62,386 bases of DNA, filler included, from 15 parts of 15 records of this genome joined end to end with filler, not necessarily neighbours in it, one strand, 5' to 3'. Counted from the whole stretch's first letter, positions 50,259 through 62,386 are shown. The notes: generated from the letters alone by a model not told the origin. Program-made: numbers and translations.

Positions 50259-53200
50259 ATGGATGAGAGGTTACTTCTAGCAGTTCAACTCCATGAAGCC
50301 GGCGAACTCCAGGAGGTGATGATGAAACTTGAAACTCCTTTCCACAGCCTCTCTCATTTTATGACCTTTATCAGGCCAGGGCTATATATGAATCTCTTTT
50401 GAGTGAGGATTCCGACAATGCGCATGTCATTCACTTCCTTGGAGTCGTCGAACAGGCCGAAGGGCACTATGATCTTGCATTGGAGATGATTGGACATGCG
50501 ATTTGGCTAAATCCATCCAACTCTTCATACTTTAATAATCTCGGAGAGACATATCGGAAGATGGCTATCTCAGAGACCCAACAACGGCGGTCTGTATCCC
50601 CTCTATGTGTACTGCTTATATAGATCTCATGATCTCATTTTGCAGGTACCAGAATGGGATCAAGCATATCTACTCTGCACTCAACATCTACCGTTTTGCT
50701 CAAGCCATCGATCCGAAACTTCCTATGCCTATCTATAATATCCTTTCATCTTTGATTCCCTGCCTCAACGATTTTTTTCTTTCTTTTCTGAGGCTCATAT
50801 TCGCTTTTTACACCATTATTCTATAAAAATGACAATATGAAACCGAATTCTCTCCTTAACCTTGGTTTCCGTCTATTTGGCTCTGCTCTTGATGTGATCG
50901 AGCACATGAAGGACTCTGTCATTCACTGATGCGGAACCACTCACGTGCCATCCAGTCATATCTCCGCTGCATTACCCTGACGCCGTCCTACATCCTTGCT
51001 TATCGAGGTACGTCTGATTCTGTATTCAAGTCGCTCAGTGCTAGAATGCTATCGCGGATCCTCCGTTGAGTCAGTATTTTTTCGAGTCTATATTCGACCT
51101 CGATTGCATCGATGTTTGGGCTAGAGCTACATTGATTTCTTTAATATTCTGTCTGAAACTTCCGACGTGGACAACTTTTGGAAGTTATAATCATGTTACA
51201 CCCACTGAAGCATCCATTGGAGCAGATGGACTTGACAACAGCACAAGCTGTTTAATACAGCGAATCAAAATTGTCGGATTTCGCGTGCAACTCTGGGTAC
51301 CGTAAGAATATCCAGATGAACATCGCCAGATTCGTACGCTTCGACCACACAAACCCAGAGACATATTTCTTCCATCTGTGTATGCTAGCACTTGTGATCA
51401 TTTATGATACCCGATCCAGTTGTGTGCTACTCCTGAACAACTTCCAATTTTTCTGAAATATCATCTCTGCATTTATTTTGTCTGTATGTTCCACAAATCC
51501 CTGAGCTCCTTGAACTTCATTTTCCTTTGTTCTCACACGCTACTCCTTCGCTCTTCCACGGATGTATTCTATTTCCGATCCAGGGCTGTCCGCACTTTTT
51601 GACAATCTTTCTCTGCCGTATGGTAGCCTATGGGTGCAACGTGTGGCCCATGTCTTGTGCCGCGACTATCGCACTGAGGCTGAAGCTCACATCCAACTCT
51701 TGTGCTCTGCTCAACAAGGTGCGCCACCAGCTGACCTTCTCCGATTTGCTTTCGACATTTCATTATTATAATCGAAGTTTTGACCTTTTTTTTTTTTTCT
51801 TCTTTCTATTTGGACCCTCTTTTTCTGTCTTTATTCTCAATTATTGGAGGAATTCCTCCTTCCTCTCTCTTCGAACACGAATCCACACGCACACATCACA
51901 TTATTAAATGCTGCGACAAATAACTAGTGTTCGCATGATCGGACCAAAAAGGAATTTTTCGACACGTGTTCGTGCATTTCAATCTTTTGACCCTCTCATA
52001 CAAACGTTAACGCCCTCGAGCAGAAAAACATCTGTCCCTCGATTCCCCATTCTCCATCCATGCACGAAATGCCTGTTTCTATCATTGCAACAAACTCAAA
52101 AGTGAATAAGATAGAATAATTTCATTCAATCTAGCCCTTCGCACTAGACCTTCAGCTTCTCCCTTATATTTCAAGTTCTTGGGACAATAACAGACTGTCC
52201 TGAAAAATCATATACCTTGGAATATCGTTTATTGTGTTCTATTTATATTCATTTGTGGCTTTGCTATATAGATCCTGGCTGGCAGGTTCTTTCGGAGTTT
52301 AACTATGGATTCCACTTCTGAATTTAGACCATGTTCTCCTAGTTTGATGTCGTGGAATATAGCTTGTACCTGATTTTAGTACGGATCTTTTCACTTTTAC
52401 ACAAGGACGTTTAGATTTAAGAATAACTACGTTTACAAATCCATGTTTCCTTCAAGATCATATCCTACCCATTATGCGCCTATAATAATTTTGGTAACTT
52501 TTTCATTTCTTCTCTACCCCCTTTCTCACCAAAATTTGATACTTAAGGGTTTCCTCCCCACCTCCCCTCTGAACTGTACATCCAGGGATGGCGGTGCAAG
52601 AATGGGACAAGCGTGTGAAGTCGCAGGCTGATGCATTTTCAGAGTCCGGTACGATAACTTCTTCAGTGTCACTCCTTTGTGTATCTGTGTGGGTGTGTGT
52701 CTGTAGTCTGTAGTCTGTAAACTAAGTCTTTGCTTTTGCTGCCCCTATTTCGAAAGGTCGCAAACTTTCAACGAGGGGTCGTGACGTTCTGTAGATATCA
52801 TTTTGCAACTCTTCAAAGCTACAAGAAAAAAAAAGCATTGAGTCGCACCCCCCGCCTACGATCAAGCTACGAGTCAATACCGCACCAGAGCATTTTACCC
52901 ACCACGGTTCGCAAAGTTTATAGCAGCCATCGGGCCATTGGGCCTGGGAGTAACACTGTAACACGAGAGAGGTGTTGATCACGAAAGTTCAAGATAGTTC
53001 AAGATGAATCGATTGGGAGGGCTGAACCAAAAATCTGGTCTCGCGATCGACATATCAGAAAAACACGGGTCGGGTTCCAAGTACATCTTCAGCGATGCAA
53101 AAGTTTTGAACCTTGTAGCGACTTGATTCAAAAGAGCACAAATAGTAGCACGACAGTTTGACCCCTGCGCTTGATGGCTTCTTTGAGCCGTCTCGACAGG

Positions 53201-53601
53201 GACTCAATGAGGTGGATTTATCCCGAAAAAGTGTCATTTGGTGGGTATAATTTTTCTTGAGTTGATATATCATTTTTGTCCATTTAGATCTGAAGAAAGC
53301 CTCTATTTTCGATGGGGTTGAAATGTGGAGAGCTGAGCTGCCCATCACCAGAGGGTATCGAAAGAACATCATGATTCAGTTGCAGGTGTAGCTGATCATT
53401 ACAGCCCGAGCTGATCCTCTCTCTACACCTCGACCTTTCCTCCGTCCCCTCCCCCCCCCCTCTACTATTCTCTTTCTTCACCCTCTCCTCTACATATTTC
53501 TCTCTCACCCCCCCTCCCGTGCCCGTACAGATCGCGAGTATCTCCTGCCCCTATTCCGAGGCCTCGGTGCCGTACTGAAGTCAGAAGGCTACATTCGTGA
53601 G
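50259..53601 (+). CDS. TPR-repeat protein (3' partial; start may lie upstream)
   Basis: LAVQLHEAGELQE|ARAIYESLLSEDSDNAHVIHFLGVVEQAEGHYDLALEMIGHAIWLNPSNSSYFNNLGETYRK; IYN|EGLCHSLMRNHSRAIQSYLRCITLTPSYILAYR|GLSALF; LFRGLGAVLKSEGYIRE. Confidence 0.85.
50738..50905 (+). other. U12-type (minor spliceosome) AT-AC intron, 168 nt
   Basis: 5' end ATATCCTTT; branch-like TCCTTAAC (50853) and CTCTTGAT (50886); 3' end GAGCAC. Removal gives TAT A|AT GAA GGA (Y-N-E-G) and restores a full TPR repeat in frame. Confidence 0.85.
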
Positions 53602-54321
53602 GTAACGAACCGCTTGAAAAGAGCAATAGACTGGCGACCAACTCATCATCATTTCTTGCGTTTCTACCAACTCAAATTGATTTCTATCATTTCGGACCAG
53701 ATGAGTATGTTTCGAGAGACTCAGTAGTAAAGTTTACGGAAAGCGGTTGGCTTTCGTCCTATCGTGTCAACTTCTCCTGACGAATTATCCACTCGGACGG
53801 TCAGAATTCTCAGCACTCGACGCGAAAAATTGCAGCCTCCCTTCGAAAATGGCTCTTCCACAACAGAAGAAAGTGTTCAAGTTCAATGATGTTTGGCGAT
53901 TAGGTGAGATGATGAGGCGTATGATATGATATCAGGAGCATGTCATGCCTTGTGATCGTCAACTAGTAAGGGGCACCCACTGCCTCGTTGGCCATACTGG
54001 AATAATCAAGCGTGGTCACTGCGGCACATTAAACTACACGAAGCAACACCTTACCCAGCATGCTCAAATCGGGGTTACAATCATTATTCTCTCCATGGTC
54101 AGTGATATCACAGTGTATTTTTCATAAAGGCCAATCTCCCCATACCATCGCATCCTGCAGAGACCAATAAATGATGAACATGTTCCTGATATCCCAGCGG
54201 TTGCAAAATAAAATGAACGTTNNNNNNNNNNNNNNNNNNNNNNNNNNNNNNNNNNNNNNNNNNNNTTAATTAATTAANNNNNNNNNNNNNNNNNNNNNNN
54301 NNNNNNNNNNNNNNNNNNNNN

Positions 54322-55547
54322 ATATCCATATCCATATCCATACCCATAGCCTTCTCCATGTTACTCTCTGCAACGACAAGTCCGCTCAACCCCACAGTCA
54401 GTCCTATGATGTTATCATTAAGACGCCCTAAATTGCGAAGTACACGAAGCACTTTGCACCAGCTTTGGGCCAGTTTCAAAACAACAGACGCCGGAACGCA
54501 AGAGTCGGATGAAGCTGGTGATGGGGATGACAATGATGATATTCGTGGAGTGGTAATTGGAATCGGAAGGGCGAGAATTCGTGAAATAAGGGGATCAGCC
54601 AAGTCGGCCACATTTGGGACAATGAGACGATTCAGGATGAGAATCAGAATGTATGAATCTGAGAGGGTATTGGTCTCAGCACCAAGTCTTGCGCAAATCG
54701 CATTCATCGTATTACCAGCCCAGCCAGCCCACCATACCTCGGACTCACTCTGGATGATGGGAGGAGGGAAATGCAGCAGAAGAAGTAGAAAATGTAACGC
54801 GGCGTTCAACCCACCGACCGCACGCAACATAGCAATGAAGAGAGTAGAAATTCGGTTCACTATCCTCCCAGTATCGACCGGACTTTGCGTATATGGGATA
54901 TAGTCATGTGCCAAGAGGAGCTCCCGCGCGAGAATCTCCATAATAGCAGGGTGTGCGGAGCTTGATAAAGCGCTCATACTGATGTCGTTGTGGATGAATA
55001 TATACTCTGGTCTATGTTCGATGGGCAGATAGGAAAGCAACAGCGAAACAACTGCAGGATAGTTGGCATGGCATGCAGCGATGAGTGCTGTAGTTCCATA
55101 CGAAGTTTTGTGTAGAAGGCATGAGTGTCGAGCCTCAGGGGAGATATGGTTCAGAATCAGTGAAACAAGGTCTGTCTGCCCGTATTTTGACGCGAATATT
55201 AAAGGTGTATAGCCCTCAGCATCTCTGGGGAATAGGAATGCATCTCTTCTCTCTACAGGCATGGTGTGGATTAGAGCGGACACAACAGAGGCCATGCCGT
55301 GTTTGACTGCCGCGTGCAGAAGTGCGCGTCCAGATCGAGTTTGGAGATACACCTGCTTTGTGCATTGAGGGAGGTGGTCGAGCAAAAGGAGCGCAAATTC
55401 GCTGTTGAGATATTTGCATGCCTCCGAGAGGGCGGTGAGGTGTTGTCCGTCAGGAATAATGTACGAGATTCGGTCCTCCGCAGGAAGCGATTCAAGAAGC
55501 AATGTTGCGATTTTTACATTTTCATTCCTAATCTGTTTGTGTGGCAT
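54322..55547 (-). CDS. Ankyrin-repeat protein (large exon; ends undefined)
   Basis: Repeats LTALSEACKY, GRALLHAAVKHG, GYTPLIFASKYG and GTTALIAACHAN in an open frame of about 400 aa. Confidence 0.88.
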
Positions 55548-56183
55548 GCTGGACAGAGGGTGTGTCGAGTGTGAGGGGGGGCGGATATGCGATTACTCAG
55601 GAGAACCCTCAGGAGTAAAATGCTTGCGAGTATGAGTGATCGCGTCGGATGGAGGAATCGGGACCAAATAGCTCAGAAAACCTACAATAGTACCACCGAG
55701 AGAGGAAAGGAAAAGCAATGAATGGAAAGGCAGAGAGAGGAAATACCCCGCCGATGTTTTGATGAAAGAATAAAATTGGTCCATATATTCAACCGATAAC
55801 ATTATAAGACTCCGAATGTCCTTACCTCAGAGAAGAGAACGCGAAAATACTTGAGACTGTCCAAGATCTGCATCGAGTATGAGCCATGTCAAAGTTCCAA
55901 AAAAGCATGAAAGAAGCACATCAACATGTACATTATCTAATGTTCTCTGAATTAAGTTCCGGAATAAGCCTCAAAAGCTTGCGAGGAGCGTGGAATTGAT
56001 TTAAGCAAAGAAGCAGGGGGTTGGAATAAGCTTTCCGAACGGGAAAAGTCACTTCCACATGATTGCTAAAATAAATTCAGCGATTTGAAAGATACATAAA
56101 TACGTTTGGTCCCTTCTCAGCGAAAAATTCACATTATTCAGTCAGTGAATGAGATTTTTTATGCTGTACATTAGAGAAATGCA

Positions 56184-56784
56184 ATGGCACTCGTAAAAGT
56201 ATGATATATTTTCTCTCCCCAAAAAAACTCATTCTGGCATGTAGAGGAATCCCGTGACTGAGATTGCTCCGATTATACGACCTGGATATCGTCCTGGAGA
56301 GGATATTTCTGAAGAGGTACATACAACTTCTTAGAGCTCTTTATTCTCTAGGACATTGTTTTGACTGTGCTTCGATCTTTAGGCTGTGCTTCGACATGCC
56401 TTGTACCTTGGCATGGACCCGGTGCTTGATAAGGACCTTCTTTGGATCGCCGAAGACTCGTATAAGTCAGCATTACCTGGTACTTCTTCCATTTGATACA
56501 CTTTGAAAGGTTGTAGATCTGTATAATCAGAGGTTGGTGATCTCTCCACCTTCGCTTATCGCTCGTTTCCGTGATTCTTTCACGTTAACGTCAATGAAAT
56601 TTTCGCCTGATATTCTTACAGACATTGATATCTCTCCTCTCCCCTAATACTCCTCTGTCCTCCAGTGGGGTGGATCGTTCGGTACGACAAGCATGGTATC
56701 CTATACTGCCATCCTAAGATGGGAAAAATCCAGCGTCACCACCCTATGGATGCCCAATACCATGAGCTGTACTTGAAGCACAAG
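56184..56784 (+). CDS. CEP164-like N-terminal WW-domain protein (3' partial; absent from the ORF track)
   Basis: Spliced: ...PGEDISEE|AVLRHALYLGMDPVLDKDLLWIAEDSYKSALP|VGWIVRYDKHGILYCHPKMGKIQRHHPMDAQYHELYLKHK matches the CEP164 pattern G+DP.....L.WIA......LP..W...HP.D..Y..L. Confidence 0.8.
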
Positions 56785-57933
56785 GTATTGCATGGAGAGA
56801 ATCTGACCTCTAGATAATGGATAGCCTATCATATCCTGGATAGAGCCCACTGTACTCGTATTGTACTTCACAACTCCAAGAATTGATACATACGTTGCAT
56901 GTATCTCTCATATCTTGAGATAAGAATTGGATTGGGTAGGGCAATTACAGTCAGGTGGTCTAGGGTAGGGCTGATTTAGAGCTTCCGAGAGAATGCGATC
57001 AGTACCAAGGGAATCCCTGGGATTCGTATATTTTGACGGAAAGCACTACCCTACATCATCGATATCTCACAGTATCTTCTACAACTCATCCCTTATGCGT
57101 TGATCCACATAATATCATAAATGAGAGATATATTACGACCTCCATTGTTTTTAGATCTAGCTTTTTTATTTTCCGTCATCTTTATTTGATTCCGATGCCT
57201 ACTCATTGACATGCACAACAGTGATACATATCCGAGCACCCACTGGGAGCAATCTGGGCNNNNNNNNNNNNNNNNNNNNNNNNNNNNNNNNNNNNNNNNN
57301 NNNTTAATTAATTAANNNNNNNNNNNNNNNNNNNNNNNNNNNNNNNNNNNNNNNNNNNNAATCAAAACATCTTTGCGTAATGCGAAAAAATGAACCTAAC
57401 CAAATCATGTCCCATTGTTAATAATCATAACTTTTAATATTTGTGAAAGCAAGATGTTGCGCGTTTTTGTTCGGAATCTCAACATCCTCCAGGATAGCCC
57501 TTCCTACTGCCATATCATCTCGCAAGATCAAATTCCGCATGATACAAGGGAAGAATACAAAGAGATTCTTTTGGGGGGGAGAAAGCTTTATCTGAGAAAA
57601 GTGAAACATATTTAAGACGTTGCAGGGTTTCTTTGTATATGTCAGAACTCCAGCATAAAAGTCCATTGAAAGATCCTCGCTCAGAAATGTTCGGGGGGAA
57701 AAGGAGAAAAAAAGAATAACACATGGCATGCAGTGTGAAAGCAACATCGCAGGTCCGAATTCGCGAGGTGCAAAGTTTAGTTCTATAGTTTGATCTTCGA
57801 ACTCTCACTTGGGCATCGAATTCATGAATTCAAAGCACATCGAATTTCGTCCGAAGATCAGCTGAGACAAAGTCATACAAGTTCATTTCAATAGTAATAA
57901 TGGCAGCAGGTTATGAAGAGTAGTGTTCGCAGA

Positions 57934-59288
57934 CCTGCAGTGTATTGCATTCAGGCAGGTTGCTTGGGGCATGCAGTGAACCAGGGCCGTGTGCACTTTC
58001 TGATTGGAGAGCGGACGGTGCATGTGGTGTGCGGGACGACAGCGTTGCGGCCTCGCCCTTCCTTGACACAATCCCCTCGATTTCTGTAAATCATAGTCGG
58101 CGGATGTGATCGATGGTGATATTTTGTTGAGACAATATCAAATGACACCACTAGGGCAGCAAATAAGGCTGAACGTGACTTTCAGCTAGAGTTGCCAGAA
58201 ATTTCCTTGCTGCCCCAAATATAAGGCAGGCTTCACTGTACGACGGAACAGAGGCATGGTGCAAGAAGGAGGACGTACTGCCCCGGCGGGGTGTGACCAG
58301 GTGAGTGAGGGCAAGCACGATGATGTATTGGTGCTCCAGGTCGGCGGAACGTAGCATGTTCAGCAACACATCCAGCGCACCGCACTGCTCCGCTCGCCGC
58401 CGGCCGCCTCCTGTCGCACACAGCAACGTGAGTATCTCAGTCACAGACCACGGACACAGACACAGGTGCAGTTCCTGGCACAAATGGGGAGAAATGTGTT
58501 GGGAGGGGAGAAGGCTTCACAATCGACATTCAATTTTTCCATCTCGGGTGTTCTTCAACAGGTCCGAAGGTCGAGGAGTAAATCCAAGTTCTAGTGCCTG
58601 ATTCGTACTTGTTTTGAACAGCTGGGCTACTTGACTTGAGGGGATAAAAGGATAGCGACCCCGAGCCTGGTTTTCAGGAAGAATAAAAAAAATGCGAAAT
58701 GAGAGTGAGGTCGATTTTATTTTCCGGTGGCTCCAGGCAGCGTAAGCTGTACGGAGACTGAGAAATTTAACGATCCAATTCCTTCGACCATTCATGACTT
58801 GCAGCTTTTCTGGTTCTCCTTACCTGACTGAACAAAATGTGCGAGAGCAAGCAGGGCGAGGCGGGTGGAGGCAGGATCAAGTCCGAGCCGGATGCTCTCC
58901 ATTACAAAGTCCATAACAACAGAATCTTCAACAGCAATATCGCCAATAATACCTGAAAATCAAGTTACAAGAATAAACCGAAACAATCAGATTGATTTCC
59001 CCCGAATGCGAAGCAAGGTAGAACAAGAAACATGGTAGAGCACGCACAGTCCGGGGCCAGGGAGGCGATGGTGACCAGGGCCTTGATACGAGTTGAGGGG
59101 TCGAGCCGGGCCGCCGACACGGACGTCACGTCATACAGGAGCTTCAGCAGGCTCAGATGAGTGCCCACTGCACAATGAATCAGAGTAGGAGAATTATAAA
59201 ATTGCGCAACAAATCCTTGTCAATGAAATCTTACGGGGATTCACGGAGTGAAACAAACCAGCCGAAATTGTAAGCACATCGAGCTGCA
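57934..59288 (-). CDS. Armadillo/HEAT-like repeat protein (internal fragment)
   Basis: In-phase exons: STRIKALVTIASLAPD|C...STRLALLALAHFVQS|GGRRRAEQCGALDVLLNMLRSADLEHQYIIVLALTHL. Confidence 0.65.
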
Positions 59289-59731
59289 ACAAACAGAGAG
59301 AACGAAGATTAGGAATATGGACAAATATTTTTGGATAATGCGAGATAAGGATCAAACTACATCAAAATGAAATAAGAATCATTATTATTATCATCATCAT
59401 TTATTGTTTTNNNNNNNNNNNNNNNNNNNNNNNNNNNNNNNNNNNNNNNNNNNNTTAATTAATTAANNNNNNNNNNNNNNNNNNNNNNNNNNNNNNNNNN
59501 NNNNNNNNNNATCAATGAATCACCCCCGGGAGCGAGTATTTCTGGCGGACAGATAATTTACATTTGCGGGGAAATTAGACTCGAGTGATCTTGAAAAAAA
59601 ATTGTTGATAGCCGTCGAAACGGCAGGTATACTTTACTATATCCTAGTGAACAAAAACTATCAAGCACGAAGAAAAATATTCCGTAACGAGGACAGAAAT
59701 CGGACAGGAATATGTATATCTAAACACGTAC

Positions 59732-61063
59732 GTCATCAAACTCAGCCGATTCATAGGTAGCTTCAGTCTGGAGCATGCGATCTCGATCAGCTACAGAAAC
59801 AAAATCACCCATACAAAGAGAAAGTTAGGCTTGAAATAACGCTCACTGCGATCGGGATTAAGATTGTGGCTGATCCACGTTGATAGCGGAATCGAAAATC
59901 GAGCATAACTCGCGAACTCATACAGACTATGAAGTCGAGATCAGTTGGACCTTCTTTCGACACAAAATGATTCCACGATGTCGAGTCTCAAAAACAGAAG
60001 TCAATTGCGAAAGTAGATCAGATTCACACAACCAGAGAAAGAGGAATAGGTGAGCCCTTTGTTTTTGCGACAGACAAGGCTTTTTTTGGACTCATTTTCC
60101 CCCTTGACCGCTCAATGCTTGCATGGCGTCTCTCACAGAGTCTATACGGTATTGATCGTGAAACTCCTTGATGATATTGTACCTCGACTTTCGTCCACAT
60201 AGCTTCGAACAACAAGCTGCTTTGGTGATGCGATTAACGTCACCTCGGCTAATGTGGCATGCAGATTGGTAAGGGTTTCCGTCAGAATTCGGGGCCGAAC
60301 AACGAGGAAATTTGATAGTGTGCTCTTATCGTAGTTGGCCTGTAATGATTCGGACCCATCTTCGTACGGAAGTCGGAATGTCTTGGTGATGTCTAGCTGC
60401 GATTGAAAAACGCATTAATGCAGGTGAGATGAAGCGGTTGATCAGAATGCATCAGGGATGGGAGAGATAAAAGAGATGAGTGATTAGTCGATTTAGATTG
60501 CATCAGAGAAGGGTGGAGAAGGGGCGTGACCTAGAGATGAAGAAAATAACATCGTACTTTACATAGGTGCATGATAATGAGCTTCTCGTTGTCTGGATCA
60601 ATTTTCAGAACCAAGCTTTCGATCCCCTGCATGAGATTGCATTGGTAAATATGAAAGAGCCAAAAGGAGGGTGGATATACCTGAAGTCCCTTTAGCGCGG
60701 AGAGTAGCAGACGAATTGTAACCTAGAGTTGAGAATACAATCAGAACAGGGAGAGTAGGTGTGAGAGTATGGATGCAGGACCTTAATTTTCCCGGCACTG
60801 TGAGGATTACACCGATAGTGATCAAAGAAGTCTTGATGAAAAACATAAGAAGAGAACACAGATCGCGCATTGTTCATCGAAATTATTTGCAACTATACAG
60901 GAATCTCCCACGTTAGCATCGATCATACAATGAAAAATGATGAAATGGAGCAAACCTTGTTGGTTGCTGGAATCATAGTTAGATCTTCAGTGAAGCGAGC
61001 TAAACTAAGTATCATTTTCGAGAAAACTCGCAAGTGAATTGGAGAATTCAGCTTTGCCTCCAT
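59732..61063 (-). CDS. RAD9: 9-1-1 checkpoint clamp subunit RAD9 (3' partial)
   Basis: MEAKLNSPIHLRVFSKMILSLARFTEDL|LQIISMNNARSVFSSYVFHQDFFDHY|...KLIIMHLCK|LDITKTFRLPYEDGSESLQANYDK...RILTETLTNLHATLAEVTL...VRSY|...LQTEATYESAEFDD. Rad9 motifs appear in order. Confidence 0.9.
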
Positions 61064-61258
61064 TTCGCTCGAGATGTAACAGTCAAGAGAAAGTTATACA
61101 ATACGTGTAGCTTTGACGAAGAATCCTCATCAATCAAATAGATCCAATTATTACCCGGTTATTTCAGAAATCTCAAAAGCAAAAAATAAGAAATTTATGG
61201 GGTCGCAACCAAAAAATTCGATTTTGAAAACACAACGGAACAGTGACAATCTCTTTCG

Positions 61259-62087
61259 ATGGTTCCAGGATGGCTTCGAGAGCGTGAGACAAATACCAAA
61301 CGTCACGAAATTCCTCGCCGAAGACTTGGTGAATGGATTGAGTATAAGTCCATCTGTTCTCCGATATTTCGAGACGTTGAAATCCCTCCAAGGACCCTAT
61401 CTGTAAAGATCTGACCTTTCAACTGGAGAGGTTCCTGATTTACTGACGATGGCGTTGCATTTTTAGACCATTACCTTGTCTTTCAGTAAGAGCGGAGCTC
61501 GAATTGCTTCTACCCATAATGATCATACTGTCAAGGTACAAAAAAATCAAGTATTTCGAAAAACGATCTCATTCCTTGTTTTAGATTTCGGACTCTGTCA
61601 CTGGAAAAGTGTTAGTTACTCTTACAGGTCATCGTAGAACCCCATGGGCTGTGAAATTTCATCCTCGAGATGAAGCAATTGTGGCATCGGGTTGCCTGGC
61701 AGGTAATCGATGCACAACTTTTTCTCGTGACTTTTGTTTGATCTGGTTCATCCAGGTGAGATCCGATTATGGAATACGCGAAAAGGAGAGGTCATTGCCA
61801 GTGCTATGCTCGGACAAGCCATTTCTGGAGTGTCCTTCCATCCAACGAAAAATATTCTCGCGGTTTCATCAGGTAAATATTTCAAGGATGTTTTTGCTGA
61901 CTTTCAAGCTTTATTCAGGAGGGAAATGATAGATAAAGTATAATACAATATCCAATGGAAAAGATTTGACCTTCTCGATCTTTATGTCTCAACTTTCTCT
62001 TAATTCTTTTTTTCAGGCGCTGGCCTGTATCTCTGGAAATATGAGAGCGAGGCGGCACCGAAGTACATTATGCGCTTTCAGCATGCG
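61259..62087 (+). CDS. AMBRA1: AMBRA1/DCAF3-like WD40 protein (3' partial; start tentative)
   Basis: WLRERE...PPRTLS|TITLSFSKSGARIASTHNDHTVK|ISDSVTGKVLVTLTGHRRTPWAVKFHP...VASGCLAG|EIRLWN. GHRRTPW and ASTH are AMBRA1-family hallmarks. Confidence 0.88.
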
Positions 62088-62151
62088 GTATGATGCATTT
62101 CTTCTCTCTCTCATCTTGTTCTCTTCTCTTTTTAAACTGACTGTGTGAACT

Positions 62152-62183
62152 CTTATTCATTCCTATTCTAGAACCCACTCCAC
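62152..62183 (+). repeat. Dispersed intronic repeat, diverged copy D
   Basis: CTTATTCATTCCTATTCTAGAACCCACTCCAC closely matches the 5' part of copy C; it lies in an AMBRA1 intron. Confidence 0.65.
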
Positions 62184-62386
62184 CCTCTGCTCTCCTTTCA
62201 TTGTTCGGATAGTTGAATATTAGAGGATCAATATGAATTATTTTGGTAATTATGAGCTCATTCTTCTTTGGCTTCTTCTATTCCCTTCAAACTGAGCAGA
62301 TTCGTCTTCATAGCCAACGAAAAACGGAAATGCCACTTCAATTCAAAAATAATCCTATGCATAAAGGATTAACTCGAATTGTGGTA

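Noticed and set aside
54358-54903. Long antisense ORFs (also 5726-6229, 861-1253, 37482-37844, 46282-46692)
   Set aside because: Shadow frames of real exons on the opposite strand.
5091-59510. Recurring TTAATTAATTAA palindrome flanked by Ns
   Set aside because: Artificial concatenation linker with six-frame stops. ORFs ending in X...LIN or X...N are artefacts.
61113-61406. 97-aa ORF as the AMBRA1 N-terminus
   Set aside because: The AMBRA1-like motifs (WLRERE, PPRTLS) and the correct splice phase are in another frame.
31364-62087. Autophagy gene cluster (ATG7 with AMBRA1) or cilia cluster (CFAP298 with CEP164-like)
   Set aside because: The genes lie on different contigs, so their proximity in the window means nothing.

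Overview
Eukaryotic nuclear DNA, not prokaryotic. The window is 15 short contigs (about 2-7 kb) joined by 14 artificial 100-nt linkers (N44-TTAATTAATTAA-N44), so gene adjacency is meaningful only within a contig. The genome is gene-dense and intron-rich (GT-AG introns of about 40 nt to over 1 kb) and uses the standard genetic code. The ORF track mostly shows exon fragments, so I spliced the genes by hand; most are truncated at contig ends. Recognisable genes: AP-1/2 beta adaptin, CFAP298, EFL1, ATG7, RAD9, AMBRA1-like WD40, DPE2-type double-CBM20 glucanotransferase, a divergent Hsp100/Clp, an ACBP-domain protein, a TAF1A-like protein, a CEP164-like WW protein, a tyrosinase, and NT-C2, PH, PLAT, TPR, ARM and ankyrin proteins, plus two putative transcription factors. 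This content suggests an aerobic, flagellated protist (inference; I cannot name the taxon). Most notable observations: (1) a histone H2B-fold protein with a C-terminal transmembrane tail; (2) a probably membrane-anchored Clp/Hsp100 with a dead first ATPase domain and no middle domain; (3) a U12-type AT-AC intron; (4) a tRNA-Leu(CAG)-like sequence in three collinear pieces inside a CFAP298 intron; (5) an intronic repeat family, sense to its host in every copy seen, at assembly breaks; (6) pervasive head-to-head gene pairs with 5'-to-3' gradients in GC3 and intron length.
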